In this document: positions 55,790 through 64,000 of the stretch, in pieces
How the letters are laid out: each line of letters opens with the position of its first letter
Numbering within the stretch: the stretch's first letter is position 1
Source: Methanobacteriota archaeon
GTDB taxonomy: Archaea > Thermoplasmatota > Thermoplasmata > SG8-5 > DAIRED01
Direction of reading: 5' to 3'
Assembly: GCA_043799545.1 (NCBI GenBank)
Contig: JAZDNO010000006.1
Coordinates: 128,001 to 192,000, forward strand
Length of the DNA stretch: 64,000 bases
Notes under the pieces: generated by a model
Told to the model about the DNA's origin: nothing
Databases searched by the model: none
The model's input: the letters and a program-made list of their open reading frames with translations, nothing else
Made by a program: the position numbers and the translations under genes

Positions 55790-56602
55790 TTGCGCAAAGG
55801 GGGTCAGGACACGGCAGATTCAGAAAAATGGGGCTCGTCGATAACTAAAACGGGGGAGAACGTCATAGTCACCAAGGGCTACCGCCAGGGCGACCTCATC
55901 GGCGACGTCTCGTTCGCTGGCGTTGTCTACCTCATTCTCAAAGGCGAACTGCCCACAAAAGAGCAGGAGCGCATGATGGACGCCATAATCGTCGCTTCCA
56001 TAGACCACGGTGTAAACGCGCCCACCGCCCTCGCCTCTAGGATTGTTGCATCCGGGGGTGTTCCCCTTCCTACGGCGGTATCCGCCGGCCTGCTGGCAAT
56101 CGGCGATTCCCACGGCGGTGCGATTGAGAAGTGCGCCAAGCTTCTTCTTGAAAATGTCACGAAGGCGCACGGGTCCAAAGCGCCGATTGCAGAAACCGCA
56201 AAGGCCATAGTCCGCGACGCCAAGGAGCGCAAACAGCGTCTCCCTGGCTTCGGCCACAGGGTTCACACGGACGACCCGCGCACGACGAAGCTTCTCAAGC
56301 TCGCGAAGGAGCTAAAAATCGCGGGCGAGCACGTCGAGCTGGCCGAGGCAATCCAGAAGGAACTGTCAGTGGGCGGCAAGGCGCTGCCGATAAACGTGGA
56401 CGGAGCCATCGCGGCGATAACCGCCGACATGGGGTTCGACTGGCGCATGGGGAAGGGGTTCTTCCTGATGGGGCGCGCGGCCGGGCTCGTCGCCCAGGTT
56501 TACGAGGAGCAGTCTAGGTACAAGCCGATGCGGCATATCGCGAAGGCGGATTACGATTACGACGGTCCCGCGGAGCGGGACTTGCCGGAGGGGAGAAAAT
56601 GA
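55790..56602 (+). CDS. citryl-CoA lyase (citrate synthase-like family)
   Basis: SIDHG, GDSHGGA, PGFGHRVH..DPR, INVDGAIA. Short protein typical of stand-alone citryl-CoA lyase. Confidence 0.85.
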   Translation: MRKGGQDTADSEKWGSSITKTGENVIVTKGYRQGDLIGDVSFAGVVYLILKGELPTKEQERMMDAIIVASIDHGVNAPTALASRIVASGGVPLPTAVSAGLLAIGDSHGGAIEKCAKLLLENVTKAHGSKAPIAETAKAIVRDAKERKQRLPGFGHRVHTDDPRTTKLLKLAKELKIAGEHVELAEAIQKELSVGGKALPINVDGAIAAITADMGFDWRMGKGFFLMGRAAGLVAQVYEEQSRYKPMRHIAKADYDYDGPAERDLPEGRK

Positions 56603-57126
56603 CGACAATTGAATACGTGGAGGAGCAGTTCCCAGAGATTGCCAGGATAAAGGACGCAAAGCTGAGGAAGCAGACGGCCGAAGTATGGGTCGAGGCCATG
56701 AAGCGCGGCGGGTGGAAGGATTTGGACGGCATCCCGTTCACCATGCTGGCCGGCGAGGTCGAGGCGACCCTGGTGCAGCACACCCGCACCGTGACGAATC
56801 AGGCCATGGCCGTCGCGGAGCACCGCAAGGACCTGCGCTGGGATTTGGTCGTGTCGGGCGCCATATTGCACGACGTCGGCAAGCTGCTGGAATACGTCCG
56901 CAAGGACGGCAAGGTCGTCGTCAGCCCCGCGGGAAAGATGATTCGCCACCCCGTAAGCGGAGCGGGTCTGGCCATGGTCTGCGGCCTGCCGGACGAGATA
57001 GTCCACATCATCGCGGCGCACTCCAAAGAGGGAGATGCCGTGAAGCGAATCCCAGAAGCCGTGCTCATCAACCACTGCGACTTCATAGACTTCGAAATCG
57101 TGAAGGCCAAGAAAGAATACAAGTGA
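56599..57126 (+). CDS. HD (HDIG) domain phosphohydrolase
   Basis: QHT..V, ILHDVGK, RHP..G, HII.AH, ..D. ATGA overlap with the upstream gene. Confidence 0.9.
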   Translation: MTTIEYVEEQFPEIARIKDAKLRKQTAEVWVEAMKRGGWKDLDGIPFTMLAGEVEATLVQHTRTVTNQAMAVAEHRKDLRWDLVVSGAILHDVGKLLEYVRKDGKVVVSPAGKMIRHPVSGAGLAMVCGLPDEIVHIIAAHSKEGDAVKRIPEAVLINHCDFIDFEIVKAKKEYK

Positions 57127-57135
57127 GGCGCAGAC

Positions 57136-58686
57136 ATGCCCAAGAACGCGGTCGGACGAGAGATACCGAATGAGGTCGATGGCAGGAAGCTGAAGCCTTT
57201 CAACGGCGCGTACGCGCATCTGGAGCGGGGCTTCTTCACGCCCCAGCCCAAGAAGCCGTGCGTCTGGGACGAGAGCAAGCTCCTTCCGACGCTGGACGAG
57301 GCCTTCGAGCGCGCCAAGATAGGCGACGGCGCATGCCTCTCGTTCCACCACCACCTCCGCAACGGCGACCGCGTGCTCAACATGGTCATGTCAGTCGCTG
57401 AGAAGCGCGGCCTGAAGAACCTCAAGCTCGCCCAGAGCGCCATCTTCCCGGTCCACGAGCCAGTGTGCAAGATGATTGAGAACGGCACGATAACTAGCAT
57501 CGAGGGCTCCACGAACGGCCCCGTCGGGCGCCTGATTTCCGAGGGGAAGATGAAAGGAGTCGCGATAATGCGCTCCCACGGCGGGCGCGTCAGGGCAATC
57601 ATGGCCGGGCACATCAAAATCGACGCCGCTTTCATCGCGGCGCCGTGCGCGGACGAGTACGGCAACGCGAACGGCCGTAGCGGTCCGGCGGCGTGCGGCC
57701 CCATGGGCTACGCGATGGCAGACTCGAAGTACGCCAGCAACGTCGTTCTGGTCACGGACAACTTACAACCCTACCCCGTCCTCCCGCCGGTCATCAACCA
57801 GGCGGACACCGATTTCGTCGTAAAGGTCGACTCCATCGGCAACCCCCAGGAAATCGCATCCGGGACGACCGAGGTCGCCACGGACGAGCAGTCGCTGAAG
57901 ATTGCCAGGGGCGCGGCAGACCTCGTGGACGGGCTCGGCCTGGTCAAGGACGGCATGGGCTTTCAGGCTGGAGCGGGCGGGGCGTCTCTCGCGGCGAACA
58001 ACATGATTGGCGAGATGCTCAGGAAGCGGAAGATTCGCGCCAGGTTCGCCAACGGCGGAGTCACGATTCACCTCGTGAACATGATGAAGGAAGGCCTCAT
58101 AGACTACCTCATGGACGGCCAGAGCTTCGACGCAGACAGCGCCAAGTCTCTCCTGGTCAATCCGAAGCACGTCGAGATAACCCCCGATATGTACGCCAAC
58201 CCGTTCAACAAAGGCCAGGTCGTGAACATGCTCGACTTCGCCTACCTGGGCGCGACCGAGGTCGACGTAGACTTCAACGTGAATGTGAACACCCACTCGG
58301 ACGGCACGCTCCTCCACGGAATTGGAGGACACCAGGACGTCGCCGCGGGGGCGAAGCACTGCATCGTAGTCTGCCCGACCAGGCGCAAGACGTTCCCAAT
58401 CGTGATGGACCGCGTGACGAACGTCACAACGCCCGGCGAGACTGTGGACGCCATCGTGACAGAAGAGGGCATAGCCATCAACCCGCTGCGCAAGGACATG
58501 CTCGACGCGGTGCACGGCAAGGGCTTGCCAATAGTCGACATCCAGGACCTCGCCAAGACGGCGCTGAAGAAGGCCGGGGGGGTCCCGCCGCCGAAGCCCG
58601 AGTACCTCGACAGGGTCGTGGGGATAATAGAGTGGCGCGACGGGACGGTCATCGACGTCGTGAGGCAGCTCAAGCCGAAGGCGTGA
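57136..58686 (+). CDS. citF: citrate lyase alpha subunit / citrate CoA-transferase
   Basis: SFHHHLRNGD, RSHGGR, DIAF-like DAAFIAAP.AD..GN, CGPMGYA, FQAGAGG, GIGGHQD, VTTPGE.VD.IVTE.GIA.NP. Confidence 0.92.
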   Translation: MPKNAVGREIPNEVDGRKLKPFNGAYAHLERGFFTPQPKKPCVWDESKLLPTLDEAFERAKIGDGACLSFHHHLRNGDRVLNMVMSVAEKRGLKNLKLAQSAIFPVHEPVCKMIENGTITSIEGSTNGPVGRLISEGKMKGVAIMRSHGGRVRAIMAGHIKIDAAFIAAPCADEYGNANGRSGPAACGPMGYAMADSKYASNVVLVTDNLQPYPVLPPVINQADTDFVVKVDSIGNPQEIASGTTEVATDEQSLKIARGAADLVDGLGLVKDGMGFQAGAGGASLAANNMIGEMLRKRKIRARFANGGVTIHLVNMMKEGLIDYLMDGQSFDADSAKSLLVNPKHVEITPDMYANPFNKGQVVNMLDFAYLGATEVDVDFNVNVNTHSDGTLLHGIGGHQDVAAGAKHCIVVCPTRRKTFPIVMDRVTNVTTPGETVDAIVTEEGIAINPLRKDMLDAVHGKGLPIVDIQDLAKTALKKAGGVPPPKPEYLDRVVGIIEWRDGTVIDVVRQLKPKA

Positions 58687-58691
58687 TTTCG

Positions 58692-59312
58692 ATGGCAAAG
58701 AAGAAGGCGACGAGGGAACGCATGGGCAAGGACGACTCGCTGCTCATCGATGTGCGCTCCCGCGAGGAGTACGTCAAGGAGCACGCCGACGGGTCGCTGA
58801 ACATACCGCTGTACGACCTAGTCCATTACGTCCACGTGCTCGAAGGACGTACGCTCAAGCTCTACTGCAACACGGAGCGGCGCGCCGGGCTGGCGAAGGA
58901 TATTCTCAACGGGCTGGGATTGGACGGCGAAATCGTTCCTTACGGGCGTACTGGGAAGAAGGTACGCGCCCCGATGATATGCGCCATGAACTTCCTGGAG
59001 ATTAGGCCGGAGCACGAGGCGAAGGTTCACGACATCCTTTTCCGCCTATGCAAGGCTGTAGATGCGTACCCTGGATTCCTGGGTTCTAAGGTGATGAAGG
59101 TCACCGGCGCCTCGCCGATGGGAAGCATGCTCCCCGGAAAGGAAATGGACGAGGATTTCTCGCCGCTGCGCTACGTCCTCATCACATACTGGGCGAGCAA
59201 GGAAATCCACGAAGCCTCGCACCGCCACCCCGAGTTCCAGCGCGCCTTCACGGAGCTGCCAGCCTACCTATCTAAGATGCCGTACGAGGAGTTCTGCGAA
59301 ATACTGCGGTGA
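58692..59312 (+). CDS. rhodanese-like + antibiotic biosynthesis monooxygenase (ABM)-like fusion
   Basis: LIDVRSREEY..EH.DGSLNIP and LYCNTERRA (rhodanese). PGFLG...Y..ITYW.S.E.HE.SH.HP.F (ABM). ATG at 58692. Confidence 0.78.
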   Translation: MAKKKATRERMGKDDSLLIDVRSREEYVKEHADGSLNIPLYDLVHYVHVLEGRTLKLYCNTERRAGLAKDILNGLGLDGEIVPYGRTGKKVRAPMICAMNFLEIRPEHEAKVHDILFRLCKAVDAYPGFLGSKVMKVTGASPMGSMLPGKEMDEDFSPLRYVLITYWASKEIHEASHRHPEFQRAFTELPAYLSKMPYEEFCEILR

Positions 59313-59397
59313 TTGGGCCATGCGACGGGCAATCAAAATCCAGAGGCACTCATCTGTCTGGATGTCGGGTGGGTCCGTGGCTCTTTCCCATCGTTAT

Positions 59398-59433
59398 TTC
59401 TGATTTATCAGAATAATCAGAAAATTATAAATA
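59398..59433 (+). promoter_or_regulatory. palindromic operator overlapping BRE/TATA of the AbrB-arsM operon
   Basis: TTCTGAT-TT-ATCAGAA (59398-59413), an extra ATCAGAA half-site (59416-59422), then TTATAAATA (59425-59433). Confidence 0.7.
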
Positions 59434-59467
59434 CTCCGGGCGCTATGCCATTTCTGAGGCGACAAAG

Positions 59468-59737
59468 ATGCCAAAGAAGGTGAAAGGCAAGGAAACCTGC
59501 GGAGAGCAGTGCTGCTACCTGGTCTCAGCGGTCACAACTGTGGATGCAAGAGGCCAGACGGTCCTCCCCAAAGACGTTCGGGAGCGCCTCGGCTTAGCCG
59601 CCGGGGACAAGCTGGCCGTGATTATCCACGAGACCACGGGGAAGCCGTGCTGCTTTTCGATGATCAAGGTCGGCGACCTGTCGATGATGGTCAGCGGGCC
59701 TCTCGGCAGGGCGATAAGCGAGAAGGGCAAGAGGTGA
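59468..59737 (+). CDS. Cys-rich AbrB/MazE/SpoVT-family DNA-binding protein (HgcC-like)
   Basis: QCC..V.AVTTVDARGQTVLPKDVRERLGLAAGDKLAV...KPCC.SMIK. Confidence 0.8.
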   Translation: MPKKVKGKETCGEQCCYLVSAVTTVDARGQTVLPKDVRERLGLAAGDKLAVIIHETTGKPCCFSMIKVGDLSMMVSGPLGRAISEKGKR

Positions 59738-59741
59738 CGAA

Positions 59742-60575
59742 ATGGCAAAGAAAGTGAGCAAGCTTGACGAGGCAGGCATAAAGAAAGCCGTTCGCAAGGG
59801 GTACGCCAATGTGGCGAAGTCCGGCGGCTGCGGTTGCGGCTGCGGGCCATCGGATTGCGCGGGCGAGATGAGCAAGAGCGTCGGTTATTCCGAGAAGGAG
59901 ATGGCGGAGGTGCCCGACGGCGCGAACCTCGGCCTCGGCTGCGGCAACCCAGTTGCGCTGGCCTCTTTGAAGAAAGGCGAGACAGTCATGGACCTCGGCT
60001 CAGGAGCGGGCTTCGACGCGTTCCTTGCTGCAAACCGCGTCGGAAATACCGGACGGGTCATCGGCGTGGACATGACCCCGGAGATGCTTGACAAGGCACG
60101 GGCGAACGCCAAGAAGGGGAAGTACGCGAACGTCGAGTTCCGGTTGGGCGAAATTGAGAACTTGCCGGCGGCCGACAACTCCGTGGACGTGATTATCTCG
60201 AACTGCGTTATCAACCTGGCCCCTGACAAGGACAGGGTGTTCTGCGAGGCCGCGAGGGTCTTGAAAAAGGGCGGCCGCCTGATGGTCTCGGACATCGTGC
60301 TCCTGAAGCCGCTTCCGAAGCCTGTGATGGATTCCATGCGAGCGTACGTCGGATGCCTCTCGGGCGCGATCATGAAGGACGGCTACATCAAATCAATCGG
60401 GAAGGCCGGGTTCAAGAACGTAAAAGTGCTGGAAGAGAACCATTATCCAGTGGAATACGTCATGGACGACGCCACGGCGAAGGAGCTCGGCGAGGCCGTG
60501 AAGCTGACGAAAAAGGACGCCGATGCCTTGGCCAAGGCCATCGTCAGCGTGAAGGTCAGCGCGGTGAAGAAATAA
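59742..60575 (+). CDS. arsM: arsenite S-adenosylmethionine methyltransferase
   Basis: CGCGC, LGLGCGNP, DLGSGAGFD, VDMTPEML, VIISNCVINL, YVGCLSGA. Confidence 0.92.
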   Translation: MAKKVSKLDEAGIKKAVRKGYANVAKSGGCGCGCGPSDCAGEMSKSVGYSEKEMAEVPDGANLGLGCGNPVALASLKKGETVMDLGSGAGFDAFLAANRVGNTGRVIGVDMTPEMLDKARANAKKGKYANVEFRLGEIENLPAADNSVDVIISNCVINLAPDKDRVFCEAARVLKKGGRLMVSDIVLLKPLPKPVMDSMRAYVGCLSGAIMKDGYIKSIGKAGFKNVKVLEENHYPVEYVMDDATAKELGEAVKLTKKDADALAKAIVSVKVSAVKK

Positions 60576-60609
60576 CGCTGGCGCACTCAAAATCCTTCGC
60601 ACAATCTTA

Positions 60610-61950
60610 CTATTTCCCCTTGACCTTCAGCGCCCGCTCCACTATCTCAACGGAGCTCCCGATGTAGCTCGTGGGGTCCAGGACCTTGTCCAGCTCCTTC
60701 GCCGGGAGGAGCCTCTTGATTTTCGGGTTGCGCAGCAGCGCCTCCCGATACAGGATACCCTTGTCAACAGCCAGCATCGCCGCCTGGCGCGTGGCCTCGT
60801 GCGCGTCCTGCCGGCCCATGCCTTTGGAAGTCAATGCAATCATCACGCTCTCGGCCATCATCAGCCCGCCAGCCGACTCGATGTTCGCGCGCATCCTCTC
60901 CGGGAAGACCTCAAGGCCGCGGAAGACCTTGTCCGTCTTCACGACTATGTCGTCCGTCAAAATCGCCACGTGCGGGAGGATGAACCTCTCCGCGGACGAG
61001 TTGGTCAGGTCGCGCTCGTGCCACGAAACGATGTTCTCCAGCGCTGGAGACACGAATCCCCGGACAACTCTGGCGAGCCCGCACACGTTCTCCGACGTGA
61101 TAGGATTTCGCTTGTGCGCCATCGTCGACGAGCCCACCTGCTTCTTGGCGTTGAATGCCTCGGCCACTTCGCCGATTTCGCTCCTCTGGAGGTTGCGGAC
61201 TTCCGTGCCGAAGCGCTCGATTGATGCGGCGATGTTCGCGCAGAGCATCACGAACTCGGCGTATCGGTCCCGGCCGACGAGCTGGGTAGCGGCCTCTTCA
61301 GCCTCCAGACCGAGCTCCCTCATGAGCAAATCCTGGACTTTGAGTGCGTCCTTGCCCAGGGCTGCGCCCGTTCCGACCGCTCCGGCCAGCTTCCCGACGC
61401 AGACGCGTGGCTCCGCCTCGCTCAGCCGCTTGGCGTGCCGGTCCATCTCCATCGCGAAGACGGCCATCTTGAGACCGAACGTCACCGGGACTGCGAACTG
61501 GCCGTGCGTGCGCCCGACCATGGGCGTGCGCTTGTGCCTCGCGGCCAGCGCGAGCAGAGTGTCTCGCAGGTCCATGCAATCCTTCTCAAGAATCTTCATC
61601 GCGGCTTTTAGCTGGAGCGCCGTTGCCGTGTCGATTATGTCGTTGCTCGTGGCGCCGAGGTGCACGTATCCGCCCGCGCCGCCGCACTGCTCCGAGAGCC
61701 CGCGCACGACCGCCATGATATCATGGCTTATTTCGCGCTCGATTGCGCTGACGCGCTCGACCTTCACTATGCTGGTCTTCGCCTTGGCGGAAATCGTCTT
61801 CGCGGCGAAGGCGGGGACGCGCCCGGCTTTGGCGAGAGCCCGAACCAGCGCGGCCTCCACATCCAGCATCGCCTGGAGCTTCGCCTCCTCTGAGAAAATC
61901 CTCTTCATCTCTTCTCGACCGTATCTGTACTCGAGCGGGCAGACGGGCAT
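60610..61950 (-). CDS. purB: adenylosuccinate lyase
   Basis: CPLEYRYG, HDIMA, HLGATSNDI.DT, GRTHGQ.A.P, GSSTMAHKRNP, WHERDLTNSSAER. Confidence 0.96.
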   Translation of the reverse strand: MPVCPLEYRYGREEMKRIFSEEAKLQAMLDVEAALVRALAKAGRVPAFAAKTISAKAKTSIVKVERVSAIEREISHDIMAVVRGLSEQCGGAGGYVHLGATSNDIIDTATALQLKAAMKILEKDCMDLRDTLLALAARHKRTPMVGRTHGQFAVPVTFGLKMAVFAMEMDRHAKRLSEAEPRVCVGKLAGAVGTGAALGKDALKVQDLLMRELGLEAEEAATQLVGRDRYAEFVMLCANIAASIERFGTEVRNLQRSEIGEVAEAFNAKKQVGSSTMAHKRNPITSENVCGLARVVRGFVSPALENIVSWHERDLTNSSAERFILPHVAILTDDIVVKTDKVFRGLEVFPERMRANIESAGGLMMAESVMIALTSKGMGRQDAHEATRQAAMLAVDKGILYREALLRNPKIKRLLPAKELDKVLDPTSYIGSSVEIVERALKVKGK

Positions 61951-62012
61951 TTTGACACCCCGACCAGGGATAGCCCTCTGGGGTTATGGGCTTTTCCGTC
62001 CTGATGGGCGCT

Positions 62013-62819
62013 TCACATGAATTCCTGGTGGATTCTCATCTGGTACAGCGCCCCCAGCCCGAACAAGAGGTAGCTGGCAATCCACGCGAGCTCGATGAAG
62101 TTGCCGTCGAAGTAGATGCCCTGCCAGTCCAGCGCGGCGTACCCTATGTCCGCGACGGTCATCAGCAGTATCGCGGCCGAAATGATGTGCCAGCCTTTCG
62201 AGACCTGCGCCCCCCAGTACAGCGTGATGATGGCCCCTAGCCCCAGGAGGACTATGTCCAGGGCCACGTAGGCGAGGTTCACGAACTTTTGGAAGCCGGA
62301 AAGGTCCTCCGAATCCATGGTCGGCCCGGCGACCCAGATGCCCGCCGGAATCGCGAAGGCCAGGACGACGACGGCGGCGATGGCGATCTTTCGCGTGTCG
62401 AAGGCCAGCTTTGCGTACATCGCCTTGTAGGCGAACGCGAGTACGACGAAGACGTACCCTACCAGGAACAGGTAGTCCGTGACCTTGAACGCCTCGTCAG
62501 AAAGCCCATCGGAACCCAGGGCCATCGCCAGCTGGTCGAACCCCGACACCAGCTCAGCCGAGAGCCAAAGGGCCATGCCGATGCCGAGAAGGAGCCACAC
62601 TCTTCCCTCGAACCCCTTGACGCCGTAGAATTTGACCACCATGAGGACGATTACCGTGGCGATGACTATCGAGCCGTCGTACGGTATGTATGTGGCGTTG
62701 ACGGCCCAGTCCTCTCCGTTCCAGAGCGCCCACATGATGAGATAGAAGCCGACCGCGAACACAATCCACGCGAGCATGAGTGCCGTCCTGGGGTCGCGGG
62801 CGAATTCCCTCGCGTTCAT
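62013..62819 (-). CDS. polytopic (about 7 TM) membrane protein resembling a stand-alone sensor domain
   Basis: About seven hydrophobic segments with W.LL..G..LW..A, D.LF..GY, Y..LD and ADI.Y patterns. Confidence 0.75.
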   Translation of the reverse strand: MNAREFARDPRTALMLAWIVFAVGFYLIMWALWNGEDWAVNATYIPYDGSIVIATVIVLMVVKFYGVKGFEGRVWLLLGIGMALWLSAELVSGFDQLAMALGSDGLSDEAFKVTDYLFLVGYVFVVLAFAYKAMYAKLAFDTRKIAIAAVVVLAFAIPAGIWVAGPTMDSEDLSGFQKFVNLAYVALDIVLLGLGAIITLYWGAQVSKGWHIISAAILLMTVADIGYAALDWQGIYFDGNFIELAWIASYLLFGLGALYQMRIHQEFM

Positions 62820-63073
62820 GACGCGCCGTCACCTCCCTGCTTGGACATCATCGACTTTATCTTGATGACCCTCTGCCTGGCCTCAGACGGGCCGACGAAG
62901 CTGACGAGCGCCGCCTCTATGTGGATGTCGAGCGCTTTCGTCAGATCCGCGGGCGTTGCGATGTCGGGTATCGACCCGACCTTCTCCAGACCTTTCTTGA
63001 CGATGCCGTAGCAAAGGATGTCCCCGAGGAACATCAGCTCTTCCTGGACTATCTTGCACGCTTCCGTGGGCAT
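62816..63073 (-). CDS. small helical hypothetical protein
   Basis: 85 aa; its stop overlaps the next start (ATGA coupling). Confidence 0.7.
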   Translation of the reverse strand: MPTEACKIVQEELMFLGDILCYGIVKKGLEKVGSIPDIATPADLTKALDIHIEAALVSFVGPSEARQRVIKIKSMMSKQGGDGAS

Positions 63074-63137
63074 TGGATTGTCTGGCTCCTGTGCAGGGAT
63101 ATCTGCTTAATGATATATAATCATTTTGAAATGCAAT

Positions 63138-64000
63138 CTAGAACTTGGCCTTGCACCCTTTGCAGGCCAGCCCGCCGCCCGACCGTTGCAGCGCGCCCCC
63201 GCACCGCGGGCACCGGGTCAAATCCAGGGCCCTCTCCAGCCACGCCCCGCGGACGTCGTCGATTTCCTCCCGCGCAGCGGCATCGACCGCATCCCTGGCC
63301 TCCGAGGTCGGAGCAAGCCTGCGAAGGGTATCCAGGACTTTTTTATCGGCCTCAAGCCCTTTCTTGCCGGACGGCTTCGCGCCGACCCTCACGAACAGCG
63401 GGGCGAGGCAGATGCCTGCCACCAGCCCTACCACGTGGGCGGAATGGGCGACGTTGTCGCTCTGACCGTTGGCGACCATCATCATGGTCAGCAAAACCTC
63501 CATGCCGAAGAAGACCCCGACGGCGATCCAGACTGGCACGCGCCTGAGGAATATCGGCCCGACGATCATGGGGATTTCGTCCCTGGGATATAGGACAAGT
63601 ATGGCGCCCATCAGGCCCGAGACGGCCCCCGAGGCCCCGACGAGCCTGAAATCCTGTCCCCAGCGCAGCAGGGCGTAGCCTACCGTGGCGAGCAGTCCGG
63701 TGAGGACGTATATTGCCATCGTCCTGCGGGTGCCGATGCGCTCCTCCAGGGAGACGCCTATGAAATAGAGCACCAGCATGTTCCCGAGAAGGTGGAGGAT
63801 GTCCGCGTGGACGAACATCGAGGCCAGCAGCCCAACGTCCAGCGGCCTGGAGGAGTTGAAGACGACCTGATTGTCCAGCGCCAGCCATGCCGCGGGCGAT
63901 GCGAATTCCAGAACCCACATGTACCCGAAAATCAGCATGTTGGCGACTATGAGCCATTGGGAAATCCAGCCCCTCTTGGCCAGCGCTACGGCGAATGGCA
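63138..64000 (-). CDS. rhomboid intramembrane serine protease with C-terminal Zn ribbon, 5'-truncated by the window
   Basis: SMFVHA..LHLLGNM, GASGA, AH.AH..G, C-terminal CPRC..CKGC. Frame open to the window end. Confidence 0.93.
   Translation of the reverse strand, partial: PFAVALAKRGWISQWLIVANMLIFGYMWVLEFASPAAWLALDNQVVFNSSRPLDVGLLASMFVHADILHLLGNMLVLYFIGVSLEERIGTRRTMAIYVLTGLLATVGYALLRWGQDFRLVGASGAVSGLMGAILVLYPRDEIPMIVGPIFLRRVPVWIAVGVFFGMEVLLTMMMVANGQSDNVAHSAHVVGLVAGICLAPLFVRVGAKPSGKKGLEADKKVLDTLRRLAPTSEARDAVDAAAREEIDDVRGAWLERALDLTRCPRCGGALQRSGGGLACKGCKAKF

Noticed and set aside
57693-58691. N-terminal 333 aa of track ORF 57693-59312
   Set aside because: Out-of-frame overlap with citF. The real gene starts at ATG 58692.

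Overview
GC-rich archaeal chromosome segment, most likely Thermoplasmatota (inferred from egsA, archaeal-type tRNAs, GGTGA ribosome-binding sites, and KaiC/RAD55, DUF835 and UPF0179 genes). Domain calls come from motif recognition by eye; no HMM or database search was run. (1) 3.8-34.5 kb holds a large type IV pilus/adhesin locus. The + strand carries a pilin-like gene, two FlaI/TadA-type ATPases and two TadC/GspF proteins. The - strand carries a coiled-coil/Zn-ribbon protein, two giant pilins (about 2555 and 1783 aa, class III signal peptide, CARDB repeats, nested vWA/MIDAS domain), an M14+C11 double peptidase and a 2253-aa membrane-anchored CARDB protein with cytoplasmic Zn ribbons. Some of these genes contain in-frame low-GC patches. 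(2) tRNA-Phe (1584-1656, -) and tRNA-Cys (35586-35656, +) are each followed by fold-back arrays built from their own 3' ends, with roughly 22-25 nt loops. A diverged orphan copy of the tRNA-Phe array lies inverted at 34556-34669, so the two copies bracket the pilus locus. (3) 36-64 kb is housekeeping and metabolic: CDF transporter, ABC-2 exporter, egsA, CoA-transferase pair, acs, a DnaJ-type Zn-finger membrane protein, a ~1800-aa Lhr helicase next to a NucS-PH/RQC/HRDC protein, a citryl-CoA lyase/HD/citF cluster, AbrB-type regulator plus arsM, purB and a rhomboid protease. No CRISPR array, rRNA, integrase or transposase was seen.
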